Shown here: piece by piece, positions 50,401 to 62,953 of the stretch | Layout of the letters: every line of letters starts with the position of its first letter | Position numbering within the stretch: the first letter of the stretch is position 1 | From: Pocillopora damicornis | Taxonomy: Eukaryota | Direction of reading: 5' to 3' | Length of the DNA stretch: 64,000 nt | Assembly (NCBI RefSeq): GCF_003704095.1 | Contig: NW_020847569.1 | Location: 682,001-746,000 of the forward strand | Position numbers and translations under genes: made by a program | The notes under the pieces: generated by a model | What the model saw: the letters and a program-made list of their open reading frames with translations, nothing else | Database searches by the model: none | What the model was told of the DNA's origin: nothing

Positions 50401-53400
50401 ATTGCCGACATCTTCCTCGGAAAGTAATTGTTCCTCTCTAGAAAAGGGATAGTTTTCTGGTGAATTGCAAGCTAGAGTGAGAAATGCTCTCAAAAAATCC
50501 ATTGGAGTATATAATTCAATTTGTTTATTTTGCTTCCGGATCCTCTTAGAAAGGTTTTTTTTTCCGACACCACAAAATTAAATTTTAGTTGGGGAAGCCT
50601 TTGGTCATTCAACAATTTGCAATTGAGTGCATGTCAAAAGTGATCCGTGATTGCTTTGGTTTTACTTAACCCTGCTCTGTGATTGGTCCAGAAGACTTGC
50701 GCCATCCTTTCAACCTATAAGATGTAAAACTAAAAACTTGATAACTCACGTTTTTCCGCACTTCAAGCAATTTGCTTCTTTTCACTCTTAGGTCCCATTG
50801 GCTAATGATGATGAAACCTTTGTTATGATTGGTTGAGGGAATTACTTTTCGATTAAGTGACAGGTATAGGGACACTCAATTGAAAACTGCTGTACTTCTC
50901 TACGTTACAGATGTTTACTGTCTTGTTCCCCCTAAAAGTTCCTGAGTTCTTGACATTTATCTAGATATTTGGTACTAACGATCGAATTTGATACTCAATG
51001 AAGAGTAGAGATCCGTACCTTTATTGCGTTTTGCAGTGTATCACCCGCATCTAGGAGATTGCCAACCAACTCTTGTGTCACGGGAAAGTTGGAGGGAAGT
51101 TTTGAGCATCGCATGATCGTGTCAGGATTGCAGCCGTTAAGGAACTGTGCTCCGTAGAAACGGTCATCTTGCCAGCGCTTGGAGGCCAGAGGAACCTCTC
51201 CAACAAAAGAGACGAACGCCTACAAAGTAGTGTTTGTTAGCATCTGAAAATGAGAATGTTCAAGATCTGAAATTGGGCATCAATTCTGTAGTGTTAATCT
51301 GTTACCTTCTTGAAATCATGAAAATCTTCCCACGACTCAAGCATGTTCAGCAATTTAACCAGCCCTAGGTTGATTAACGCTTTTCGCTTTGCCTGGTAGA
51401 GGTCATCGATTGCTTCTTCTGTAAATCGTACGTCTTTTGGAAGTGTCCTCACGCTCTCGGATTTGATAAACCCTGGAAATCCGTCAAAATTGGGATCATC
51501 TCCCCACTGGTATATTTCTAGCCGCTTTTGAACCTCTAGGCGTCGTTGCTTTTTCAGTACCTCGTGTTGTTCATCTGTTATCAACTTTGCTAAAAGGGAC
51601 AAAATTGCACATCATGAAAGTTAGTTTTAAATTGTCTCATGAGAAAAGAAAGGGATGAGTCAAGATGAATTTCACCTTTAGAAATTCGTGCATAACTCTA
51701 AATCTTTGGCTTCTTCGTGTGGACTATCCAGCTATTTTGAAATTACAAAAAGGACAAAAGTTCACCGGTATTTAGGGAAGCTCAACTAAGTTGTAGCACA
51801 CGTTGTCAATGCAAAGTGACGCAAATGCAATTGCAACTCTGTAATTGCCGATACAAAAGTTACTTTATACAACAACTCTCCAGTAACAAAGACCCAACCG
51901 ACCATGTAAAGTCTGGTCATTTAGCTTTTCTTTCGCATGAAGAATTTTAATTCTGACCATACGCTTTGGGCTCCGCTCAGTCGTGTGACACTTATGCAGA
52001 AGAAAGTAGTCTTCTACCTACCTTTCCCTTCAAAGAAAACTGCCTCTTGCTGCACCCATCCGTAGCATGGAAATTCGTAAACTGTTTGACTGTTTGAGCT
52101 GCAATTGATCTCAACCTTGTCAACGAACCAATCACTGGAGCGATGGAATCCGACACCCTGGTTATTCTCGAGTTTTATAATTAAAGGCTCGCCAACATCC
52201 TCTGCATTAATGATGTAAGTGTCTTCCTGTCCTTTCTGAAAGTTATTGCGATACCATTTTTCTAGGGTAACTGGCTTTGTTCTTCCCTTAGTCCCTAGAA
52301 ACAGATTTGGTCTTTAGCCCAAGTACCTTAATGTGACCTTCTTTTCTAAGAATCCTTAAGGTATAAAGCAGCTAAAATAAATAGCCCGTTGTAAACTGAC
52401 TCGTTATTGGTATAGGGACATTATCCTGACAATAAAATTAAAGAATGAAATCATAGGACTACTTTGTTATTTGACACTACTGGTATCAGTAACAGTCAAC
52501 TCGTTACGGTGATACGCTACGTGTAAAATCCTTTTAGTGTTGCAGACATTACACGTAGAGAGCTTCCGAAAATAAGAATGAAGAGAAGAAGAATTTTGAG
52601 GAAGACCCATGCTTTAGACAACTTTGCAATCGATTAAGGCCGCTATACCATCAATCATGGTTTTCACTGGCGACCCGCACACAAATGCTAAAGTATTTAT
52701 TTCCCAGAATAATAACACTGAGGAGACTCAGTAAGGTTAAGTGCAAAGACAAATGATTTGAATTGCCTTGTATGGTTTTTGCTGGTTGTCATGTTATTGT
52801 TATTGATCATGCCGATATATTCCACGGTTAAGAAAAGAATGAGAGATAATGTTGTGCATGATTGCGCTTGTATTTGCGGGGCAAATGAAAACGTATTGCT
52901 GCCATCTTGTACATCGTACTTTTGGAAGGCTTACCTGTAATCGTCAAAGCAACTTTTGCATCAGTTCCTGCTCCCTTACGATTTCCTGTTTTCACCTTGA
53001 CGCAATAACTCACTTCGGATAGCATCTGCTCTCTCGATACCTTTTTACGAGGCCTGTTTGAACTCATCATATTCGATGTGGGATAAATTTTCGACCTCAA
53101 GTAAGCAATGGAGTTGTAGTCGTAAATTGTGTCAGCAGGAGGAATGCCCAGCGATAGGGGGCGATGTTCCAATGAATAACGAGTGCGCTCTACTATCTCT
53201 ATTGGCAACACTGACGTAAGAGTGACATCAGCAAGATCCAACCAGGGATGTGTTTTTTGATCCCAAGCCCTGGCTGCGTGCAAAATTAGATGTGAGTCAT
53301 CCGGTTTTATTTCGTGCAGTTGTATTTGAAGCTTGTATTTTACTTCCCCTTCAGCAATCTGATTCATGAATTCTGGGATTAAGTAACTCTCGGGTCTCTT

Positions 53401-55975
53401 TTCGTCTTCCCATCTGGCAGGCACCCTAGAACGAAGGAAGTTTCGTCTGTTTAGAACGTCCCATTTGGTTTTGATTGAGTACTTTCTCGTGAACAATTCA
53501 TCTTGATTTTTCATCAAATTAGCAATAAAACAGACCAGCAGACAAAAACACACCAAATGATCAACAGAACAAGAGTACAAGAGACCGATACACCACCAAA
53601 TCAACGAACATAGTCCCAAGTGTTCCCTTAATTTCTTCCATGCTTTGTCTGAGAGGCTGCACCTCGAAGCATGCATATCATTAATAATACTCAATGTTAT
53701 ATGAAAAAAGGTAGTATAAACTTGTCATCGGCAAATCGGGCTGGGGAGAGTTGTTGCTGGACCTACAGTATTGACCATCTCGGCTGTTATCACTGCTATC
53801 TGATCATGAAACTCTCAAGCGATGATCATATCCTTGGACGATCATGGAAGGAAATTGTTAATACAAAAAAATTACCATGGTTTCCGTTGGTCGTATTCTG
53901 TCATCAAACCAGTCTCCTCTCTGTCATCTGCGGGAACGAGGCGAAATTTTGCGTAACGTGGTACACCATCTTTTGCTTTGTATTCAAACGCCATCCACGA
54001 GTAATACCGCTGATCAGTAAACGACTTAGGAGCTCGTCGGAAAACTGCTATGGCTAAGTGGAAGCTGAGATAAAGAGGCAAAGTTATTAGCCAGTTAAAA
54101 ACGTCTAAAGAGTCATTATAGGCATCTTGTAAGACATTTTTTTCTTTATATAATTTTACAGAGCGTAGTCTCTTTTACTGCACCTTTGAATGAGCATAAT
54201 TCCGTTTTCACTCTCCCATGAAATCGAGAACTGGTCGATTTAACCCGATTTATATCGTATGAAAGTCAATATTTTCCAATATAAACATGTTATAAAATAT
54301 AAATAAAAGTAAGATACACAAAAGCCTCTGAGCATTCTATGTCTGATATGTAATGTAATTTAAAAAAATTTTGACGGACTTACTTCCATGGATCCTCCAA
54401 GCAGAAAGCTTTGAATACTTTTGGACCCCCAGCCAATGCTGTCAACATTCTATCAAAACTAACTATGTTCCAAAAAGCAGCCTCTTCACCCGTATGCATC
54501 ATCAAATCGAACGGCGAGTCGAAATCATTGTCCGCAAACTTCAGAGACACCGCCCTTACGTCTAATTGAGTATCATCCGTTCGCACGAGGTTGGAATGGC
54601 GGAGGCGGACTGGGAATACGTGCCCCACTTTGAAGAATTCGTGCTCGGGAAGAAGAGGGTTTTCTACCACTGTTACGGTTCCTATAGCCCCAACACCTTT
54701 AGCGTGGGTCCCACGTTGACGAGTAATCAGAGTTTTTAAGGCGAAACGGGTTTTGTACTTTTTGACGTATCGAGCCATTTGTGATGCACTGAGGGGTCCA
54801 GGCTCAGGTGGAGGCTAATAAAAACACATAAAATTAAGTCGTTATTAAAGTTGGGATATATTACCGTATAACGACAAAGAAAGAACCCTTCGTCTACTTT
54901 GTTGGAGCAGTCTGCAAATCAATTTATGCAAGAGATCATAATCTCTTAATTAAGGCTGATAACTGACTTCAGCCGCTGTTTCAAGACGTCACTAGCTGCA
55001 AGAGAAAATCTCTTCAATATCTTTTTCAACAAATAGTGTTTAGTTTATTTGCCCCTGTTTGCTATCATTTGTCAATGTTCTGTCTCCTTTAGTTTGTCCA
55101 CACCTTATGCCAACACCTGTTTTATTTTAAGCCGACACCGCCAAAATCCTTTTTCTAAAATACACTTTTACATAAGAGAAATCCAAATGAAGTCTAACTT
55201 TTTATTTTGGGTTAGCAGCCTTGGCTCTAAATAGAAGCCCCTGGTCGGAAAGTACTATATAAGCCGACCAATCAGCGACGGAGTAGAGCTATTTCATTTA
55301 AAGTCACGGATTACAAAGAGACAGCCTGCACCCCGTGGCTATTTGAAGATTTTTTCATCAAGGTGTCCCGAAATTTCAGTTTGCATTGTTTTCTATGGAT
55401 AATACACTGCTGGGTTCGCCTGTGGGAATTAACATTTTCCCTGATCTTGAATGCATCAGAAATAGACATACCTCGTCGGCCTCTTTCATTTTCTTGAAAT
55501 ATAACTCATCTCCCATTCTTTCTCGGTAAAGTTTAAATCCCATGTTTTCCCCTATGGATTCAAAACACAAGATTGTTATGAACTCAACATTCCACATCCT
55601 GTGCTCCCACTTGAAGCCGGAATATATTATCATTTTCGTCGACTCACCAACATTCTTCTAAGATCATAAATTTAACCGCTTTTCAGGATCGCGCCGAGTC
55701 TCTCTCCATTCTTACAGTGGCTGGAAAGAGAGAGATCCTGACGACCAGTACGGACAAGCCTGAGGCAAATAGGCCCTCTGTTGTAGAAGCCTAGATACCT
55801 CTAACCCGTCCAAAAACTCGGAGAAACTATCAGCTCTACGACTTTTAAAACTTATATTCAGGCTAAGTGACTCTAAGTTATACTCACATTCGGTAAGTTC
55901 TTCTCTGCTTCCAACAATTGATTTTTTCGTGAAGCCGTGTATCACCTTGAGTTTCTTTGAATTTACTCCTCCCAT
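47469..55975 (-). CDS. AOS/HPL-LOX fusion, copy C: catalase-like heme domain with His and Tyr intact + PLAT + LOX
   Basis: Exon 1 (55975-55888) [10 protein letters not shown]...ELTE splices (phase 1) to WENMGFK. Distal motif RGTH (His 54704-54706), RLRHSN, and proximal LRSKIY (Tyr 53083-53085). LOX motifs [27 protein letters not shown] and [10 protein letters not shown] (stop 47469-47471). Confidence 0.93.
49420..49735. mobile_element. Second copy of the tRNA-arm foldback repeat, in an intron of copy C close to a splice donor
   Basis: gcgatcttcgcagt...cgcctgaaaaaaattcag and ctgaattttttcaggc arms; tagttggtagtgcaccgcaccggtatcgcagaggtcatgggttc. Confidence 0.65.
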
Positions 55976-58900
55976 ATTAAAGCCGCAAATCAAATCTATT
56001 GAAAGACAAAGAGGAGACAATAGCAGTGAAAAGGTTTACATCTGGGGAAAACTCTTCACAAATACAATGTCCGGATACATTTTAAAACGAAAACGCTGCC
56101 TCGGCCAGGGTAGAAATAACCATAAGCGTTAACATTTTTGAGGTCTTTTTTCGAGGGAAGTCGCTGAAAACTGCGAAAATGAAACAAAAATGAGAAATGG
56201 GTGTATATAAGGGATAACTTGAACCAGAAGCTAGTGATTTTCTCAATAAAATCTCCCGAACCTGGTCTTCAGTTTTAACGATAACCCTATCCGAAATCCC
56301 AAGCCTAAATCATGTTGACAACATCTATTAAGTTTAACTATAATTGCAGTTAGCCTTAGACCAAACGGCTTATTCAGTACATTTCCTGTTCTTCCATATA
56401 TTAACATTTAAGCAACAGACAACTCTCATAATGTTATCGTTGTCCAGGCCCAACCGCGCACCACGCTTCTCGATTAATTAAATGCCCGAGGCTAGCGTGG
56501 GATCGTAAAGAAGGTGCGTGAAGGAGACTCATCCAAGACTAAAAATCCTCCGTTTGAACTTTAAAATTTAGGTGAAAAGCATCTTAGGTCACGTGAAGTC
56601 CTCTTCCTTAGCCAGGATATTGACGTACAGGTAATGTGAGCTAAGAGGGCTCTCTTTACTTCATCATATCAAGTTGATTATATCAAGTTGCGTTTCCATA
56701 ATGTCTTCACGTAGAAGCAACAGTGGGTCACAATGTTGAAATGTTTAACGTAAGATGAAGATAGCTGTGAAGCTTCTGAGGGTAAAATTAAATCTGCGGA
56801 GAGTCTTTTTAGGGTAATCTGTAGTCATCTAGCACACTTACGAGAGAATGTAGAATTTGAAAGAAATGCTTGGCATTTCCAAATATTGAGTTGCTGTGTT
56901 TCAAATTCAACTGACACAAGCATTTGAATAATTATAAGCTTACAGCTAGGTAGCTCTTAATTTCTCTTTTAAAATAATAAACATCTAACGGAGCGGGTTT
57001 GCTTTCGACAGCTTTAGCACTCACTCTTGAGTGACATTAAGCGAATTTGCATTTGCTAATGACTTCGATATATTGACCCCTAAGCTTTCAGTCCTAAAAT
57101 AATTCATAGATGTAACAGCCAATTGTTCCGTTGCTATTATGAAGAAAGCGGAAGCCTCATAGGCGCATAAATAAACCACGTCTTTACGTGCTCAAACATT
57201 CTGTAAATAGAGTTGAGTTGATGCGCAAGAAACTATTGATTGCTTGTTTACCATCCGCTTGTGAGAAAGTGAAAAACTTCTGTCACGCTATGAGCCCTGC
57301 ACCATCTTGTACTGGTAGCTGAACAGAACGCATCAGCACATCGATTTGCGTTTACTAAGCTTGTCATTAATTGTATTGTATTGTATTCGAATAAACATTT
57401 TATGAAAAATAACACGACTCGCCATTGAATGCTAACTGCCCAAAGTGAAAAGTGGCAGACAAAACACTAGCTTTCAGGGTGACGATACAATCTAATGCAT
57501 CAGCACGGCTACAGGAACGAAATGTTTGGCCGCAGTTGACATAAAAGCTAGAGGGTGACTATCAGAACTTTGACTCGATTGTGATTAAATTTCAATGCAA
57601 TTTATGACATGATGAATGTGGTACATTCCTACCTCAGTTGCCTCGGTGTTGATATATTGAGCCACTTCTGATCTAACTGTGAAATTAGTGGTTTGTAGCG
57701 TCTTCTGATGACTCTCGCGATACGCCTTTCGTTATGTAAGTTTGATGACGTCAAGCTTGGTTAAAGCTTTCCGATTTCCGGTCGACCGTCGAGAAGAAAG
57801 GAAAATTTTCCCAAAGTGCTGAGGCCTTTGTTAGACTGCCGTCCAATAATCGAAGACGGGTTTAAATAGATGTTTCACTTCGACGTTTTTTTGGAGATGA
57901 TTTGTTTAAAGTTATTGAGGTTACTCACTGAAACAAACAAAATATAAAGCTCATTTGTGAACGGTCTTCGAAGCGATTACTCTTGTTTGGTCAAAATTTG
58001 CCGAAATAACACTGTGTAAGATATTTAACTGTGACAAATTGGAACTAACGTCTTTAGGAACTAGTTCTGAGACGAAGCCACCTTCCCGGTGATGATCCCT
58101 TAAATCAGCGTGGCTGGTCATGCCGTGTTTGTCACGATATATCGGTGTTTTTTTATGTCAATACTGATAACATCAAAGTTCAGTGATATCGTCACAAAAG
58201 TGTTATTTTGGGGTAAGAAAAACATTTAAGAAGATTGAAAAAGGAAGAGAGGAACGTTCAGACGCTTACATCGCACAGTGATCCATTATTTTTCTTGGCC
58301 AAACATGGTTTAAGCACACCGACTATAATGTTTCCTACTGGGTAAAATATTGGGTGTGGGCAGTCGAGTATATTCTAATCTGTTTCCTGGGGAAGATATC
58401 GTGTGTAGGGCAGGACAGAAGGAAATACAATTCAGTCATTGAACAATTAAAGAGATCAATGTAACTTCCGAAGGAAATGCAAAGGAAAAAAAAAAAAAAA
58501 GAACAAGGGTGATGTTTACATATTCTACCATTAGACATTCTACCATTCTGTATAGTATCTATCTACAAGATGTTGAAAATAAAGTGAAAACGTTATGTCG
58601 ATCTAGCTAACATCAAAGGTATTTAAAAGTAGCAGTTCAAAAACTTGCTGTTCACTGACATCTTTTAGCGTCAACCAGAAGAGGGTCAAAAAATAAGTTT
58701 AAAAACCTGAACTGCCATAAAAAGATATCCATGAAGCAAGAATTTATTATGAGGTAAAACAATTATTATCCAAAACAACCTGAGCAGTAAAACGTAAAAA
58801 CGCACTTTGAAAACTGCTAGGAAATGTAGATAACAAAAGCCTTATTACATATTTAGTCAATCGTTGGCCGATAATCTAAACCAGCGAAAACAGAATTATT

Positions 58901-60599
58901 TTAAAGAAAAATTTAATCACAAAAATATTTTTCTGTATTAGGGTCTATGTCTTACTAAGGTGTTGGGAAATGAATGGAAATAAAACATTGTCGTATGCCA
59001 TTCAGCAAAACTATAAAAGTTAGTTGATTACGACTATTCCCTTAATAACCTTACCTTTTAATAAGAGTATTTTAATTTTAGCACGCCACGTTCACATCTC
59101 TGTTGTTCAAGGTGACCACACAATATAAATAAATACAAACATCCCGAGCCCACGCGCTTTTCAAGAGACGCGAGCTTGGGATGCCTGTGGTATGAAAAAC
59201 CTTTATTTCAATCCTCCGCACGAAATTTAGTGATATCATACAGTCATCGCGGAATTAGTTTTACTATATGAGCAATAGTCTTTTGGGCGAGTCAAAGTTA
59301 TTAGATATTTGTCCATATATAGTATCTTTTCCGAGAAACGAAGAGATTTATAGAGCTATGTTCAAGAAAAGGTATGAGCCAGTGTATACGAGAATCTCTT
59401 CAAGGTTAATGGAAGCTGGTGAAATTTTTTCCTTCAAATATTCTTTCTGCGCGTGGGATCGGCTAGACAAAGTATTGACGACAACTTTGCGTCAAAACTT
59501 TTACTGCGTGGGGTTTTGTGTTGGATCATTTGAAAAAACAAATTTGTCGTTAGTGCAACGTCAACACCGTCTAACATCGTGAAATAAACTTTAAAGGAAT
59601 ATTTTTCTTTATTTACTGGATTTTTTTGAAATGGAAAATATCACTTGATGTACATCAGAAATGTCGTCATTTTGACGGAGAAACCCTATATTTATCATAA
59701 TTATTTGTTCCTTGTTAATTTTTTTCTTCACATAATAACTGACTTTTCATCCTCGTAAAATTCTGCCATCTTGAACAAAGCTTTCAAGGCTTTATCTAAA
59801 ATTAGTGCAGAAAGCCAATTAATCAGTTCTTTTGGTAGCGTAAGGATAAGCCCTTGCGTAGAATAAACATACAACGTTTTAACATGGACACCATCTTTGT
59901 AGTCAGAATCAAGTAGAGTTTATTGGTGAGGAACTCGTAAATAGTACGCATGAATGAGCAGCTTTACGCTTTGCAATTCATCGTATTCGACTAGAATGTG
60001 TCGTAAGGAAAATAATACTCGTTTTTGAATGCTTACAGTCAAGGCTTAAAGCGGCAGACGACACCCCAGCTGCCGTTTTCCTGTGCAAAAGATATGGCTA
60101 CAGTTCGCTAAGAAAGTTAAATATAACTGTTCTCGTTAAAGACGAGCTTTGATACTACTTACGCACAATTTCATTAACGTTTCAATTTGACAATTCCAAC
60201 GTAATGAGAGGTATAATCATAACTCTGTATACCTACCTTAGTCGTCACAGTGTTAAGCTCTTTTGCCTCAAGTGGTTTACACGTAAAATGAGTGATTTTA
60301 GCGCGTCGTGATGTACACAGTAATGATTGTAAAGCCACGTGATTTCATATTCCTTATTACCTAACCTCTGACGTGAAAGTCGTTTTGTCGCCCGTCATTC
60401 AGTTCAGCGTCCGCGGGGATATTTAATAACGTCACCAGGGACATGATGCCAGTTGCGTCAAGATATATTGAGTAATTGTTTTGAACAGTTCAATAACATT
60501 CAAATAAAATCTTTAGAAAAACCAGTTTGTTACGGTGGCTAAACCTCTAACATGGGAGTATACCAATAAAGAACGAATATATTGCCTATGTTAAAAATA

Positions 60600-61110
60600 A
60601 TCGGTGTGTAGCCAAGCATATGAGATTGTGTCACTTCTAGGCTTACTAAAAACACGCGTGAAAGAACACACAAAGGCCATAGCAACATTGGATGAAAACT
60701 CTTTGTTGGCCAAACACCATATGCTTCACAGTCACCGAATAGATTTGGGGAGTGTTGAAATTGTTGACAGGTCATCGGCGTGGCGACAGACTAATTCTTG
60801 AAGCTTGGCGTTCCATGCGAGATAGAAACGCCATAAACGAACATATAACGCCACCAAACATATACAATAACATTAAGAATTTTTAGAGCCATTCAAAATA
60901 CTCTAGGGACTATTATTGCATTTAAAAAATTCCTTCGAGATTTAGTTTTATCACACATCGTGGACATATACCAAGCAGGACTCTACATTTGCATTTTTAT
61001 ATTTGCCGAAGAAGGCAACAGTAGTAGCCGAAACGTCCAGAACAATATACTTTTTAGCCAGTGTCAACATTTTTAGGATTCCTTTTACCAATATTGCTAA
61101 TATTACCCCC
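60600..61110 (+). mobile_element. Decayed Penelope-like element 3' end (GIY-YIG endonuclease tail plus degenerate hammerhead)
   Basis: LKTRVKEHTKAI...SLLAKHHMLHSHRIDLGSVEIVDR, then frameshifted LILEAW...AINE. The sequence ccgaagaaggc..gccgaaacgtc lies at ~61006-61037. Confidence 0.75.
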
Positions 61111-61716
61111 ACATAACCGTCGAACAGTGGTCCAATACCTCAATAATCCTACAACCGATTGCGTCTTATAAATTTCAGTGCGTGCGTTCAGTGCAGGCTG
61201 ATTGGCCGATTTGATCAATTGTCAGTGGCCCGCCGAATCCTTACACGTGCACGGTAACAGAGAAGCGAAAAAAAAAAAAAATAGCGGATAGAGGAAATTC
61301 AAGCCGTAAAAGCTGATGATAAGTTTTCTTCAGTCGAAGCTTTCCTCTAGGGTAGACCGAGATATCCAAGATGTTTTATCATATGCCTAGAAGTGGCACA
61401 ATCTCTAACAATTTGGGTCGGCTTTGTCAATTTAAAACCATTATTTATGACCACATCGAAGTCAAATGCATGGGAATTACGTCGTGTTTTTTCACGGGTG
61501 CCTGGTACATGTAAATCCGCAGACTTGTCCTTTTTACTCAAAATGATCTCACCCTGGGAAGACCGCCACACTTAAGATCGAAACTCAGAGATGAAGGTTT
61601 AAGTCCTGATCAGTTCATGGCATAATCCTTAATTTTTGGTAGAACCCTTTCCACTTTCACCGCTTCTTTCCACCACTATAGTACCAGTCCACATTCAGAG
61701 AAACTTGACAACGTTC

Positions 61717-61928
61717 TTAACCCTTTAACTCCCAAGATTTAATCAGTAATTCTCCTTACTGTCTCCCATATAGTTCTTGTGATGTTAGTTTGGAGAATTT
61801 GGTATTGGATCAACTAATAATCCCCCTAATTAACATTTTTCTTTATTCTCATCACTTGTCTGCTTGATATTGTATCGATATTGTAAGGAGAAATTCTGTC
61901 TTGGTCACTTGTGGGAGTTAAAGGATTA
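61717..61928. mobile_element. MITE, same TTAA-CCCTT family
   Basis: ttaaccctttaactcccaag ... gtgggagttaaaggatta; internal sequence aligns by eye with 34652-34862. Confidence 0.75.
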
Positions 61929-62204
61929 GTTAGTTTGCTCGACCGTTGCTCATGAAATGTGTTTTACTTTTGTAATTTTATTCTTACTTTATAGAAACGG
62001 ACATATAATGTCCATTTTATTTACAGTAATATGCTATGTGTGCATATAAGAACCACATTCAATACCTCTAATCAAAAAATGATTCAGATACCTTATCAAG
62101 ATAGATACATAAGAACACTTGAAGTAACTTAGGGGAAAAAACGTAGCAAAAGAACGCAGAAAGGAGCTTAAAAATCGAAGATAAATACAAAAAAAACAAT
62201 TAAA

Positions 62205-62535
62205 AAAACGAATATGGAAGCGATTCTCGCAGTTACGAACACTGCTGAAGTAGAAGTGAAAATTAGGCCTGAAAAAAATTCAGACCCGTACGGGATTTGA
62301 ATCCATGACCTTGACGTTACCGGTGCAGCGCAGTGCAGCGGTGCAGCGCTGAGCTACTAAGCCAACTGACAGCTTGTTATTATGTTGGTTGCAAATAAAC
62401 TCTCGAAGTCGGCTTGTTGGGCAGTTGGTAGAGCGCTGACTGGTATCGTAGGGGCCTGAATTTTTTTCAGGCCTTATTTTCATTACTACTTAGTAGTGTT
62501 CATAACTTCGAGGATCGCTTCCATATTCGTTTCTT
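62205..62535. mobile_element. Foldback repeat with tRNA-like sequence in both arms
   Basis: aaacgaatatggaagcgat...aggcctgaaaaaaattcag pairs with ctgaattttttttcaggcct...atcgcttccatattcgttt. Contains A-box-like agttggtagagcg and B-box-like (reverse) gggatttgaatcc. Second copy at ~49420-49735. Confidence 0.7.
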
Positions 62536-62953
62536 CAACCGTAGTTGACATATACGATTTTCATATATCTACAGTCAGATAAAAAAAATACCATGCAAAG
62601 GTTCATGCTCGGCCGTTGTAAAGTTTAAATGTTATGTATATTTTCATAATTAATCAGGGCCGTTACACGACAAATCCTTGCTTCTGTTATGTAACTCTAC
62701 ATGCACAGCCATGTGAATAAGGCTTAGAAACATTTATGCAATGATTCCTTGTATATGAAAAGCGAAAGTTTAGACTCAGAGGCTTTATCATCAGATTTTC
62801 TCTCTTCCACTAGATTTGTTAATTGATAGCTTTTCAGTTTCTCAACAGGGGAGGAGCTACGATCCTGTTACTACTGCTTCACTCGCTTTTTAATTATTTT
62901 ACCCTCACCAATGTCTTATCATAAATATCATCAAAATAACACGAGACTGACTA

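Noticed and set aside
55712-56020. 102-aa ORF as an independent gene
   Set aside because: Only 55975-55888 is exon 1 of copy C; the rest follows a GTGAGT donor and is intronic.
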